This document shows positions 18,349 to 29,088 of a DNA stretch of 64,000 nt, one piece after another. Origin of the DNA: an uncultured Alphaproteobacteria bacterium (GTDB lineage: Bacteria; Pseudomonadota; Alphaproteobacteria; Rs-D84); the NCBI GenBank assembly GCA_937903135.1, contig CALDAH010000024.1, positions 18,471 through 82,470 on the forward strand, written 5' to 3'. Positions within the stretch are counted from its first letter, which is position 1, and the number at the start of each line of letters is the position of its first letter. The notes under the pieces were generated by a model. It was not told the origin of the DNA and did no database searches. It saw only the letters and a program-made list of their open reading frames with translations. The position numbers and the translations under genes are program-made.

Positions 18349-20877
18349 GTGGCGGAAAAGAAATTAACACCGGTTATGCAGCAGTATATGGATATTAAGG
18401 CTGAAAATCCTGATGCGCTGTTAATGTTTCGTTTAGGGGACTTTTACGAATCATTCTTTGACGATGCAAAGGTTATTAGCCAGACCGTGGGTTTGGTTTT
18501 AACGCAACGTGGGACGGACGAAGACGGGGACGGTATCCCGATGTGTGGTATCCCATGGCATGCGGCGGATAATTATTTTGGCCGTCTGGTTCGTGCCGGG
18601 CATAAGGTTGCACTGGTAGAGCAGATGGAAACCCCGGCCGAGGCAAAGGCCCGTGGACATAAATTTATTGAACGAAAGGTTATTCGTGTTTTAACGCCAG
18701 GGACACTTACCGATGAAACGCTGCTGAATCCGAAAAGTTCTAATTTCCTGGTCGCGGTTGTTCCCGAAAGTGGTGATGTTTTTGACGTCGCCGGTTGTGA
18801 TATTTCAACGGGGGAATTCTTTATCGGTAAAACAAGTGATATCATAGATGATCTGGTTCGTACATCCCCGGCCGAGGTTATTTATCCCGCGGGTATGGCA
18901 GAAAATAAAACAATTATTCAGCTGCGCGAGATTTTTAAAACAACCCCGGTATATGAAAAGCTTTATCATCGCGGCGATATTGATAAAATTGTCGTTCGCG
19001 TTTTTGGTGGCGCAGCGCCGGTTACTACGTCGGCCAATACCGCCAGTGCGATAAAATTGCTCGCGGGGTATTTATTTAATACTCAGCGTGATGCAAATGT
19101 TATATTTCGGGCCGCCCATCCGTTTCATGCAGGCAATCAGTTGTTAATTGATTTCGCAACCTGGAAAAGTCTGGAGATTGACCGTGCAATAAACAGCGGC
19201 GGCATGTGCCTGTTAGATGTGCTGGATAAAACCAAAACTGCGGCCGGCGCACGAAAGCTGCGCGCGTATATGCGTATGCTATCGTCGGATCTGGACGAGA
19301 TTCACGCCCGCCAGGAACATATTGGTCATATGTTACTAAACCCAGAGCTAATGGGGATGATATCTGCGACACTGTCGTCGTTGCCGGACGTTGGGCGATG
19401 CCTGTCGCGGTTACTAACCAATCGCGGGACGCCGCGCGATTTAAAAAATATGGTGGATTTCTTAATAGAACTGCCAAATGCAAAAATGCTAGGGGCGCGT
19501 CTGTCCCATAATCTGGCTAAACGTTTCGAGGAAATGAATACTCATGACGCATTAGCGCTGGAATTAAAATCGGCATTATCAGATGAACTGCCGACGTTTT
19601 TCCGTGACGGCGGCATTATTCGCAAAGGTTTTGACCCATCCCTGGATAGTATGAGAAATCTATCGCACGGGGCAAAGGAAACAATTGCCGGCCTGCAGGC
19701 GGAATATATTAAAAAAACATCCGTAAATACGCTTAAGATAAAGTTTAATAATATTTTAGGTTATTTCGTAGAAGTCCCGTCAACGCGCGCAGATATTTTA
19801 TTAAACCCGGATATGGGATTTATTCATCGGCAAACGATGGCCGGCAGTATGCGATTTACGACCGAACGATTAATTGATTTAGATAACGAGGTTCGCAGTG
19901 CCGGGGAAAAGGCCACCGCAATAGAAGAAGAGATTATATCAACACTGGTAAATAAACTGCATGGGATATCGTCAGATTTACTTGCCGCGGCAGATCTGCT
20001 AGCCGAGCTGGATGCGATATACTCGCTGGCGGTATGTGCACATGAATATTCATGGACGCGCCCGGTAATTAGCAATGATAATACATTTGATGTTATCGGC
20101 GGCCGCCATCCGGTTATTGAATATGCACTGTCCCGTCAGGGCGATTTCTTTGTTAAAAACGACTGCGTTTTAAACGACCATCCAATCGCGTTGCTAACCG
20201 GGCCAAATATGGCCGGTAAATCCACATATCTGCGTCAGAATGCGCTGATTGTGGTTTTGGCGCATCTCGGGTCGTTTGTTCCGGCAACGTCGGCCCGTAT
20301 CGGTGTTTGCGATCAGCTATTCAGTCGCGTCGGGGCGTCGGATAATCTTGCCGCGGGGCAGTCTACGTTTATGGTGGAAATGAGTGAAACCGCAAATATC
20401 CTGCGCCGGGCAACGGGACGGTCGTTTATTATATTTGATGAAATCGGTCGTGGAACGGCGACATATGATGGTATGGCCATCGCCCAGGCCGTATTGGAAT
20501 TTTTAAACAGCAGATCACCGCGAACGCTGTTTGCGACGCATTATCACGAGCTTACGGCACTGGTCGGCGATACAGACGACCGGCTGAAAAAGGTTAAGTG
20601 TTTAACCATTGACGTATGCGAGCATAATAACGAGATTGTATTTATGCATAAAATCGTCCCGGGGGTCGCGAACCGTTCATATGGTATACACGTCGCGAAA
20701 ATGGCCGGGATGCCGGCCGAGGTTGTTGCACGTGCGCAAAGTGTTCTGGACGCGTTGGAATCGCGTGGGAATCTCGGGGCGTCAAATGCGGCCGCTGTCG
20801 CGCGTGAAAATAAACCCCACGGCGGGAATCGGGTCGCGGACAAGGATACGCCCCCGCAGTTAAGTTTATTTGGATAA
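18349..20877 (+). CDS. mutS: DNA mismatch repair protein MutS (GTG start).
   Basis: N-terminal TPVMQQY, Walker A GPNMAGKST, and a C-terminal HTH. Length is 842 aa. Confidence 0.9.
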   Translation: MAEKKLTPVMQQYMDIKAENPDALLMFRLGDFYESFFDDAKVISQTVGLVLTQRGTDEDGDGIPMCGIPWHAADNYFGRLVRAGHKVALVEQMETPAEAKARGHKFIERKVIRVLTPGTLTDETLLNPKSSNFLVAVVPESGDVFDVAGCDISTGEFFIGKTSDIIDDLVRTSPAEVIYPAGMAENKTIIQLREIFKTTPVYEKLYHRGDIDKIVVRVFGGAAPVTTSANTASAIKLLAGYLFNTQRDANVIFRAAHPFHAGNQLLIDFATWKSLEIDRAINSGGMCLLDVLDKTKTAAGARKLRAYMRMLSSDLDEIHARQEHIGHMLLNPELMGMISATLSSLPDVGRCLSRLLTNRGTPRDLKNMVDFLIELPNAKMLGARLSHNLAKRFEEMNTHDALALELKSALSDELPTFFRDGGIIRKGFDPSLDSMRNLSHGAKETIAGLQAEYIKKTSVNTLKIKFNNILGYFVEVPSTRADILLNPDMGFIHRQTMAGSMRFTTERLIDLDNEVRSAGEKATAIEEEIISTLVNKLHGISSDLLAAADLLAELDAIYSLAVCAHEYSWTRPVISNDNTFDVIGGRHPVIEYALSRQGDFFVKNDCVLNDHPIALLTGPNMAGKSTYLRQNALIVVLAHLGSFVPATSARIGVCDQLFSRVGASDNLAAGQSTFMVEMSETANILRRATGRSFIIFDEIGRGTATYDGMAIAQAVLEFLNSRSPRTLFATHYHELTALVGDTDDRLKKVKCLTIDVCEHNNEIVFMHKIVPGVANRSYGIHVAKMAGMPAEVVARAQSVLDALESRGNLGASNAAAVARENKPHGGNRVADKDTPPQLSLFG

Positions 20878-21766
20878 CAGGGGGCATAAATACGTGAATT
20901 CCGGCTGGGTTATTTTAGATAAAGACTCCGGGCTGTTTTCACGAACGGCCGGGGGGAGAATTGCCCGATTATTTGGAACGCGTAAATTCGGACATATCGG
21001 GACATTAGATCCGATGGCGTCCGGGGTATTGCCAATTGCCATAGGCGGCGCGACCAAGATTATTCCGTTCATAGAAGAAACCGCCGCTAATATCAAAGAG
21101 TATTTATTTGACATAGAATTCGGATATGAAACCGATACTTTGGATATATGCGGCAAAACGCTGCGCTGTGATAATGTTGTCCCGGCCCGGGAAACGGTAT
21201 TGGCCGCACTGCCATCATTTATCGGCGAGATTAGCCAGATCCCCCCGCGGTTTAGCGCGGTACATGTAAATGGCCAGCGTGCATATGATTTAGCGCGCGC
21301 CGGCCGTGATATTGAAATTCCGTCGCGCCGGGTCAGCGTTTTTTCGCTGGATTTAATCGGCGTGGACGAAAAAACGTGGCATTTTCGCATGCGCTGTTCG
21401 CGCGGGACATATGTTCGCAGCATTGCCCGTGATATCGCGGCGCACTGCGGTGCGATGGCAACCGTTACGATGATTCGCCGAACGCTTAGCAGTGGGTTTG
21501 AGATAAAAAATACTCTGAAACTTGATTTTTTAGAAAATCTGGTTAATAATGGCGCAGACATTAGCAAATATCTAATGCCGTCAGATTTTGGACTGGGGGA
21601 CATTCCGGTTCTGGGTCTGGATAATAAATCGGCCGGTTTTTATAAAAACGGTGGGTTTATTACAACGGATGTTGCGGACGGTCAATATCGTGTTTATTCC
21701 GGTAACGTATTTATTGGAATAGGGCGGGTTTTTGACAATAAACTGCATCCCGTACGAACAATTTAA
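20870..21766 (+). CDS. truB: tRNA pseudouridine(55) synthase TruB.
   Basis: Catalytic motif GTLDPMASGVL and a PUA-like C-terminus. It overlaps the end of mutS. Confidence 0.85.
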   Translation: MDNRGHKYVNSGWVILDKDSGLFSRTAGGRIARLFGTRKFGHIGTLDPMASGVLPIAIGGATKIIPFIEETAANIKEYLFDIEFGYETDTLDICGKTLRCDNVVPARETVLAALPSFIGEISQIPPRFSAVHVNGQRAYDLARAGRDIEIPSRRVSVFSLDLIGVDEKTWHFRMRCSRGTYVRSIARDIAAHCGAMATVTMIRRTLSSGFEIKNTLKLDFLENLVNNGADISKYLMPSDFGLGDIPVLGLDNKSAGFYKNGGFITTDVADGQYRVYSGNVFIGIGRVFDNKLHPVRTI

Positions 21767-21782
21767 AACAAAAGGAAAATAA

Positions 21783-22055
21783 ATGTCCATTACAAAACAA
21801 AAAACATCTGAATTAATTACAGCATACAAAACAACTGACCGTGATAACGGCGGATCTGCTGCGTCACAGGTTGCGGTTTTAACCGAACGTATCCGTAATT
21901 TAACAGAACATATGAAGGCTAATCATAAAGACCAGCATTCAAAACGCGGTCTGTTGTTAATGGTTAACCGCCGTAAAAAATTATTGGCATACATTAAAAA
22001 GAACAATGTTGCCGAATACGAAGAACTGATTAAAAAATTGGGTCTGCGTAAATAA
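21783..22055 (+). CDS. rpsO: 30S ribosomal protein S15.
   Basis: 89 aa protein with conserved S15 sequence (HSKRGLL…RRKLL.Y). Confidence 0.9.
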   Translation: MSITKQKTSELITAYKTTDRDNGGSAASQVAVLTERIRNLTEHMKANHKDQHSKRGLLLMVNRRKKLLAYIKKNNVAEYEELIKKLGLRK

Positions 22056-22058
22056 TAA

Positions 22059-22118
22059 GATTCCCGCATCGCGGGAATTTTTATTATAAGAAAACACCGG
22101 CAAATGCCGGTGTTTTTG
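22059..22118. terminator. Tandem terminators, ttcccgcatcgcgggaa followed by acaccggcaaatgccggtgt, between the convergent rpsO and TPR genes.
   Basis: Two perfect palindromes, each followed by a T-run. Confidence 0.65.
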
Positions 22119-22120
22119 AT

Positions 22121-23122
22121 TTATTTTGCTAGTTCCTGGATAAGATTCTGCAGTCTTTCCACGGTTTCACTGTCGTTTAATGCCAATGCGATGGTCATTG
22201 CAGATTCCAGATCCGCGCGCGCCCCGGCGATGTTCCCCGTGCTAAGATTCAGGGCCGCAGATTTTTCAAAATAGCTCATCGCGTTATTGGATAATGATTC
22301 GCGTTCCGCGGCAGTGGTTGCCCCCTGGATTTGTTCGGATATTACGCGAACCGCGGATGCATAGTCATTTATTGCATCGTTATAGTTACCCGTTGCTGTA
22401 TACGCCTCGGCGCGTTCGGCATATACCGCCGGATTTACGACGCCATCCGGGCGGGCAAGTGAATTGGTATAGTCTGCGATCGCGCCGTCCCAATTTTTCA
22501 GCCACAGGTTTAATTGCCCGCGTTTGGCATATAAATCGCGCAGCTGCAGGATATCATTGCCATTTTCAGCGCGTGCGGCCAATGCGTTGTTTATATCGTT
22601 CAGGGCCGCATTATAATCTTCCAGGCGTGTGTTTAATAACGCACGGTCATAGTATGCAACGGAACTTTTCGCGTCCTTTTCCAGTGCGGTATTAAAATCC
22701 GCCATGGCATTGCGATAATCACCGGATTGCATATATGCCTCGCCGCGCAGGATGTATGTATCAACCGATGCATTCCCGGCGTCAATTGCGGTGGTCAGAT
22801 CAGCGATTGCATCGTCAATATTCCCGGCCAGAAGTTTATTTTTCCCGCTTTCATAATAATCCGATGATTGCATTAATGCTTCTTCTGTAATCTCAACGTT
22901 ATTATTTCCCGGCTGATTTAAAACGCCGTGGCTGCGCCCTAGGATATAAAATGTTGCCGCGATAAAGAATAAAATTATAAACCAGTAAACATAGATTGAC
23001 AGCGACCACGGGTTAAAGCATGGTTTTGCGTCATTTGAACACGTCGCTGCACGCGCCGGCGTACTGCGTGGTTTTAGATTCTTTTTTGTACTAGGATTTT
23101 TTTTCGCAGGTGTTTTTTTCAT
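22121..23122 (-). CDS. TPR-repeat protein with a basic N-terminus and a single TM.
   Basis: Lys/Pro-rich N-terminus, TM YVYWFIILFFIAATFYIL, then multiple 34-aa TPR-like repeats (…A…Y…G.Y..A…). Confidence 0.5.
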   Translation of the reverse strand: MKKTPAKKNPSTKKNLKPRSTPARAATCSNDAKPCFNPWSLSIYVYWFIILFFIAATFYILGRSHGVLNQPGNNNVEITEEALMQSSDYYESGKNKLLAGNIDDAIADLTTAIDAGNASVDTYILRGEAYMQSGDYRNAMADFNTALEKDAKSSVAYYDRALLNTRLEDYNAALNDINNALAARAENGNDILQLRDLYAKRGQLNLWLKNWDGAIADYTNSLARPDGVVNPAVYAERAEAYTATGNYNDAINDYASAVRVISEQIQGATTAAERESLSNNAMSYFEKSAALNLSTGNIAGARADLESAMTIALALNDSETVERLQNLIQELAK

Positions 23123-23149
23123 ATAAATCTCCCTTCCTTAATTGGAATA

Positions 23150-23848
23150 TTAGAGAGATTTTAGCATTTCGTCAATTGTTTTCTGTGAAATTTTGCGAAT
23201 TTCCCCGACGGATAGATTACCTAATTCAATATTGCCGAACGATACGCGGTGCAATTTTTTTACCGGCGATCCGCATGCACGCAGAACTATTCTAACCTCG
23301 TTCTTTTTTCCCTCGGTTACTGTAACGCGCAGTACGTTATCTGATATCTGTTTTATTTTCATCGGTCGGTATTTTATCCCGTCAACCGTAACCCCCGCGC
23401 GCGCCCGGTTAAGTTTTTTTTCATCCGCCCGCGCAACCGTTGCGATATACGTTCGCGAAATCCCAGATGACGGCAACGTTAATTTTCGTGCGATTTCGCC
23501 GTTATTCGTCAGCAATAACAGGCCGGTTGTTTTATAGTCCAGCCGTCCGATATATTTCAGGTTTTTATATTCGTCGGGAATTATATCGTATATCGTTGCG
23601 CGGCCATCCGGATCATGACGTGTGGTTACGGTATTAATTGGTTTATAAAACGCATATATATCGGTATTTGTATCGCGTGTTATTTTTTTCCCATTAACAA
23701 TCACGGTATCGTTTTGATCAACAAAACATACCGGCCCGGTAATCGTTTCGCCGTTTACACTAACCCGGCCCTGGGATATTAAATCTTCGGCCGCGCGGCG
23801 TGATGCCGCACCGGAATCTGCGATAAACTTTGCAATACGTATTTTCAT
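23150..23848 (-). CDS. rRNA pseudouridine synthase (RsuA/RluB family) with an S4 domain.
   Basis: N-terminal S4 RNA-binding domain and a catalytic GRLDYKTTGLLLLTNNG motif. Confidence 0.7.
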   Translation of the reverse strand: MKIRIAKFIADSGAASRRAAEDLISQGRVSVNGETITGPVCFVDQNDTVIVNGKKITRDTNTDIYAFYKPINTVTTRHDPDGRATIYDIIPDEYKNLKYIGRLDYKTTGLLLLTNNGEIARKLTLPSSGISRTYIATVARADEKKLNRARAGVTVDGIKYRPMKIKQISDNVLRVTVTEGKKNEVRIVLRACGSPVKKLHRVSFGNIELGNLSVGEIRKISQKTIDEMLKSL

Positions 23849-24501
23849 TGGGTAATTTTTGATATCGCGATTATGGCCGCAACCTCGGCCCGCAGGATGG
23901 TTCGCCCCAGGGATATTCCCCGTGCGCCGGCCGCGTCCAGGGCCGCAAACTCGCTGTCGGAAAATCCGCCCTCGGGCCCGATAAGGATAGATTTTGCCCC
24001 GGCCGCGGCGTCGGATGTGACGTTGCCGTATGCGGCACGTTCATCGGCAAATACAATATCCGAGAGTGCCAATTCGCTAAATTTTACCGCGGGCAATATC
24101 ACAGGGACGCTATTGCGATTGGATTGCTCTGATGCCTCGGTTGCGATTTTTTTCATTCGTCCCCAGTTTATATGGTGGGCGGTTGTTCGGTCGGTTATTA
24201 CCGGTAAAAACGCGGCGACGCCCATCTGGGTTGCCATGTTAATAATATCGTCGGTTCGTTTTATCGGGGCAAACATTAACGTAATATCACCGCTGGGGTC
24301 ATTATGATCGGTTTTTTCGCCGATAATCAGCCCATCGCCGCGTTCGTTTACGCGTGCGTTAAATTCATCGCCGCCCCCGAATACTAAACATTTATCCGTT
24401 CGCATAACCCGCGTTAGATAATGGGCGGTATCACGCGATATAGGCATAATTTTCCCAGGGGTTATATTATCGCCTATAAATATACGGGGAATATTTTTCA
24501 T
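23845..24501 (-). CDS. rsmE: 16S rRNA (uracil1498-N3)-methyltransferase RsmE.
   Basis: RsmE N-terminal PUA-like motif (…HYL..VMR) and a C-terminal SPOUT domain. Confidence 0.75.
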   Translation of the reverse strand: MKNIPRIFIGDNITPGKIMPISRDTAHYLTRVMRTDKCLVFGGGDEFNARVNERGDGLIIGEKTDHNDPSGDITLMFAPIKRTDDIINMATQMGVAAFLPVITDRTTAHHINWGRMKKIATEASEQSNRNSVPVILPAVKFSELALSDIVFADERAAYGNVTSDAAAGAKSILIGPEGGFSDSEFAALDAAGARGISLGRTILRAEVAAIIAISKITQ

Positions 24502-24556
24502 TTAATTGCAATTCCTGATTTATCATTGCTCTTTTTTCTGATATAATAATACCATA

Positions 24557-26812
24557 ATGGCAGAAAAGTTCAAGATTTTATCAGCTGGCAAGGGTAAGGG
24601 TTTGAATATATTCAAATCCAGTGCGTATAAGGAACACGAACGTACGCCCCTGGCGCGTGAGTTTTGGGAACTGCGCTGGGCAATTGGTATATGGCTGGCA
24701 TGTGCGCTGGCGTTCGGTTTATCGTTTATTGCCGAGCATATATGGCGTTATGGCTGGTCGCCGGCATCGGTAAAATGGACGTCGTTATATCTGCATAATA
24801 TGCTAACAACTGGCGGCCTGTCGGTTATTGCCGAGATACCGTCATGGCTATGGCGATGCATTGCTAATACCGATTTGGCGTGTATGACGCCGTTGTTCCC
24901 GATAATTGCGTATTATTTCATGTCGGATAAAACGCTGGTATCGGAATTTAACCCGAATTCCAAGGATAAGTTTGATGAAAAAACATCAAACAAGGCCACA
25001 GCCGATGATATTAAAAAAATGGCCGCAGATCATAAAAACAAAGAAGGGCTGTTTAACGGTTTTATGATGGTTCTGGGGTATTTTAAGAACAAGGGTAAAA
25101 ACGCCCCGTTAAAGATGGATGAATGCTTATCGGCACTATTACTTGCCCCGGCGGGAACGGGTAAAACGGTTGGTGTCGTTATTCCGACGATATTGGAATG
25201 CGATAATGTTTCAATGATTATTAACGACCCTAAGCCTGAATTGAACGAAAAAACATCAGGGTATCGTGCATCAATCGGGCCGACGTTTATTATTAACTGG
25301 GGCGCACGTGATGAACCGGAACGTGGGATATACTATCCGTCATGGAATCCGCTGTCCCCGGAAAATATGCCATCCGACGCCGAGGCAAAAAGTACATACA
25401 TTCAGGTTATCGTAAATACATTAATAGAAGAAGCCCGCGGGAGTGCCGATCCCCATTGGTCGCAAAGTGGGCGTGCGGGTCTGACCGGATTTATTAATTT
25501 TATTGTATCAAAGGTTGAACGGGCCAAGGCAAACGATTATTTCTATTCGCGTATATCCAGCGGCGAATTTGACGCAGATGATGCGGCGATTCTGGCTGAC
25601 TATTATTTAACAATGACAAGCGACCCGAATGCGATCGCCGCGTTGGCATTGCTGCAAAGGGGCGAACTAAACGCGATGAATTATGTCCATGTCGGCACAT
25701 GGGACGGTGTTCCGGCCGAATGGCGCGGCCGCGAAGCGTCGTTCCCGATGTTTTTAGCATGGTACGCCGAGGGGCTGCTGCGCGTCGGCCGGGAAATTGA
25801 AAACCGCAAGCGTCAGGGCGATCAAATGGTTATGATGGCCGACCCGATGAAAGATTTTCTGTTATCGGCGGTGAACGAGGCGCAGCTATACTCATACGAA
25901 CAAGATGCCGTAACCGCGCTATTAAACCTGGCCAATACACCGGATAAGGAACGTGGATCGGTTATATCTACGATTAATACGGGGCTGAATATTTTCCGAC
26001 ACCCGGCCGTAAATAAACACACACAGCATTCGGATTTTCATTTTTCAGATATCCGCGGTATGCGTGACCCGCGCGATGGAAAAATTAAACCGGTTACGAT
26101 CTATCTGTCAATTAACGTCGCGGATTCTACGGCATTCAGTCAGATTACAAGTATGTTTATTGAACTGCTGTCAAAATACCTGATTGCGCACAAACCCGAC
26201 AGCGAGGCAAACGGAATAAAACAAGGCCCGTACCCCGCGCTGTTCGTATTGGACGAAATGCCGACGATGAATAAGCTTGAGGCGATTATCCAAGGGCCGG
26301 CGGTCGGCCGCGGCCAGAAAGTATCATACCTGATCGTCGGGCAGGACATAAGCCAGATTGCCGAAAAATACGGGGACAAAGCGGCCGATACAATTATCGC
26401 CAATACCGCGGCAAAGGTTATCTTGCGCGTAAATGAACCGATGACCGCGCGACGCTTTTCGGAAATGATGGGCGAAAAAATGAAAAAGAAAACGGTCAAA
26501 GGCCCGGATGGCAAAGATACCGAACAGACCGATAGTAGCCCGTTATTTACACCAATGGATTTAATGACACTGGATAAAAGCAAGCAGCTGGTTTTATTCC
26601 AAGGATTTTATAATCGCCCGATTGAAGCGTCCCAGGAACGCTGGTATCTGAATAAAAGCGATATAGAAAAACAGCTCTATCAGAAGGTATCCATGGGCGA
26701 AGCGTCCCCTGTACCGGAATTTATAATAAAATCCCATCATGCGGCACTGGGATACAGCGGCGATGCGCGTTTATACGACCCGGTCGCAAAAGAGGTTAAG
26801 GTATTAGCATAA
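24557..26812 (+). CDS. virD4: Type IV secretion coupling protein (VirD4/TraG family).
   Basis: Two N-terminal TM helices. Walker A (LLLAPAGTGKTVGVVIPTIL) closely resembles VirD4. A Walker B/DE region is also present (LFVLDEMPTMNKL). Length is 751 aa. Confidence 0.65.
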   Translation: MAEKFKILSAGKGKGLNIFKSSAYKEHERTPLAREFWELRWAIGIWLACALAFGLSFIAEHIWRYGWSPASVKWTSLYLHNMLTTGGLSVIAEIPSWLWRCIANTDLACMTPLFPIIAYYFMSDKTLVSEFNPNSKDKFDEKTSNKATADDIKKMAADHKNKEGLFNGFMMVLGYFKNKGKNAPLKMDECLSALLLAPAGTGKTVGVVIPTILECDNVSMIINDPKPELNEKTSGYRASIGPTFIINWGARDEPERGIYYPSWNPLSPENMPSDAEAKSTYIQVIVNTLIEEARGSADPHWSQSGRAGLTGFINFIVSKVERAKANDYFYSRISSGEFDADDAAILADYYLTMTSDPNAIAALALLQRGELNAMNYVHVGTWDGVPAEWRGREASFPMFLAWYAEGLLRVGREIENRKRQGDQMVMMADPMKDFLLSAVNEAQLYSYEQDAVTALLNLANTPDKERGSVISTINTGLNIFRHPAVNKHTQHSDFHFSDIRGMRDPRDGKIKPVTIYLSINVADSTAFSQITSMFIELLSKYLIAHKPDSEANGIKQGPYPALFVLDEMPTMNKLEAIIQGPAVGRGQKVSYLIVGQDISQIAEKYGDKAADTIIANTAAKVILRVNEPMTARRFSEMMGEKMKKKTVKGPDGKDTEQTDSSPLFTPMDLMTLDKSKQLVLFQGFYNRPIEASQERWYLNKSDIEKQLYQKVSMGEASPVPEFIIKSHHAALGYSGDARLYDPVAKEVKVLA

Positions 26813-26837
26813 AAAAAATCCCCGATCGGGGATTTTT

Positions 26838-26840
<3 letters not shown>
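26811..26840. terminator. Bidirectional terminator (aaaaaaaatccccgatcggggattttttt) between virD4 and mreB.
   Basis: Perfect stem with symmetric A- and T-runs. Confidence 0.7.
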
Positions 26841-27968
<1,128 letters not shown>

Positions 27969-27998
27969 TTATCCATATATTTTGTTATTATAGGGATC

Positions 27999-28358
27999 AT
28001 GCGATATACAATAAAAAAACATAAAGAATTTTTAATGGCCGAAGATAGCCCAACGGCAAAGTGCAGTTTCTTTGTCGTCAGGGAAAAACCGGCACGTTTC
28101 CCGGGATTTACCCGATACGGACTGATTGCGTCAAAACGTTCGTTTCGTTTAGCGGTTCAGCGTAACCGGGCCAAGCGTTTATTGCGGGACTGGCTGCGGT
28201 ATAATAAAAAGCTAATGCTGCCCGGGATGGATTATGTATTTATTGCACGTGTGGCGATATTAAACGCCGATCGAACCGAAGGGCGCGTCGCAATGAAAAA
28301 AGCATTGCGTTATTTATCGCACATTAATAACGATACGCAAAATGCAGCCGATAAATAA
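27999..28358 (+). CDS. rnpA: Ribonuclease P protein component RnpA.
   Basis: RNR motif (AVQRNRAKRLLRDWLR). The protein is basic and 119 aa long. Confidence 0.75.
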   Translation: MRYTIKKHKEFLMAEDSPTAKCSFFVVREKPARFPGFTRYGLIASKRSFRLAVQRNRAKRLLRDWLRYNKKLMLPGMDYVFIARVAILNADRTEGRVAMKKALRYLSHINNDTQNAADK

Positions 28359-28578
28359 TTTTTTAAAGCGCGCGGCAATATCTGCCGTGCGTTTATATCA
28401 GGTCGGAATATCCCCATTCTTTGGCGGCCGCGCTGCGTGCCGATTTACCCCGACGTGCAGTGAATACACGCGCATGGCAATTGAAAAATACGGTGTTTTT
28501 CGTGGCAGCTATATCGGGCTGCGTCGTATAATGCGCTGCAGACCCGGCGGCGGGTGCGGTTATGACCCTGTCCCTTGA
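28342..28578 (+). CDS. yidD: Membrane protein insertion efficiency factor YidD.
   Basis: YidD signature (YQ..ISP…CRF.PTCSEY). It overlaps the end of rnpA. Confidence 0.85.
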   Translation: MQPINNFLKRAAISAVRLYQVGISPFFGGRAACRFTPTCSEYTRMAIEKYGVFRGSYIGLRRIMRCRPGGGCGYDPVP

Positions 28579-28640
28579 CAAGTGGGTCAATTATGCTAAA
28601 ATTTTCATTAACCCGAAATTTTTAATAAAGGAATAAAGAA

Positions 28641-29087
28641 ATGTCTTTTCGTGCAAACGTAGAATCTATGTCCAAAATTATGGACGAAATGGGAATTACT
28701 GAACTGGATCTGGAACGTCAGTTCTTATTCGGTGTTTATCGTAAACATATTCATCTATCTAAACAACAGGCGGCGACGGTTGCTATGCCGGCGCTTGGTG
28801 CTGCACCGGCCGCTGTTCGGTCATCGGATTCAGGGGCGGATTCTAAAACATCTGGATATTCATTAAAATCCCCAATGGTTGGTGTCGCATACCTGGCGCC
28901 GGAACCGGGGGCAAAACCATTCGTTACCGTCGGCGCATCGGTTAAGGCCGGTGATACCGTCGCACTGGTCGAAGCGATGAAAACATTTAACCCGATTAAA
29001 TCTGACAAAGACGGAATAGTTAAAGAAATATTAGTAACCGACGGTCAGGCCGTTGAATTTGAACAACCGTTGATTATTATTGAATAA
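28641..29087 (+). CDS. accB: Acetyl-CoA carboxylase biotin carboxyl carrier protein AccB.
   Basis: Biotinyl-lysine motif EAMKT, with an Ala/Pro linker. Confidence 0.85.
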   Translation: MSFRANVESMSKIMDEMGITELDLERQFLFGVYRKHIHLSKQQAATVAMPALGAAPAAVRSSDSGADSKTSGYSLKSPMVGVAYLAPEPGAKPFVTVGASVKAGDTVALVEAMKTFNPIKSDKDGIVKEILVTDGQAVEFEQPLIIIE

Positions 29088-29088
29088 A

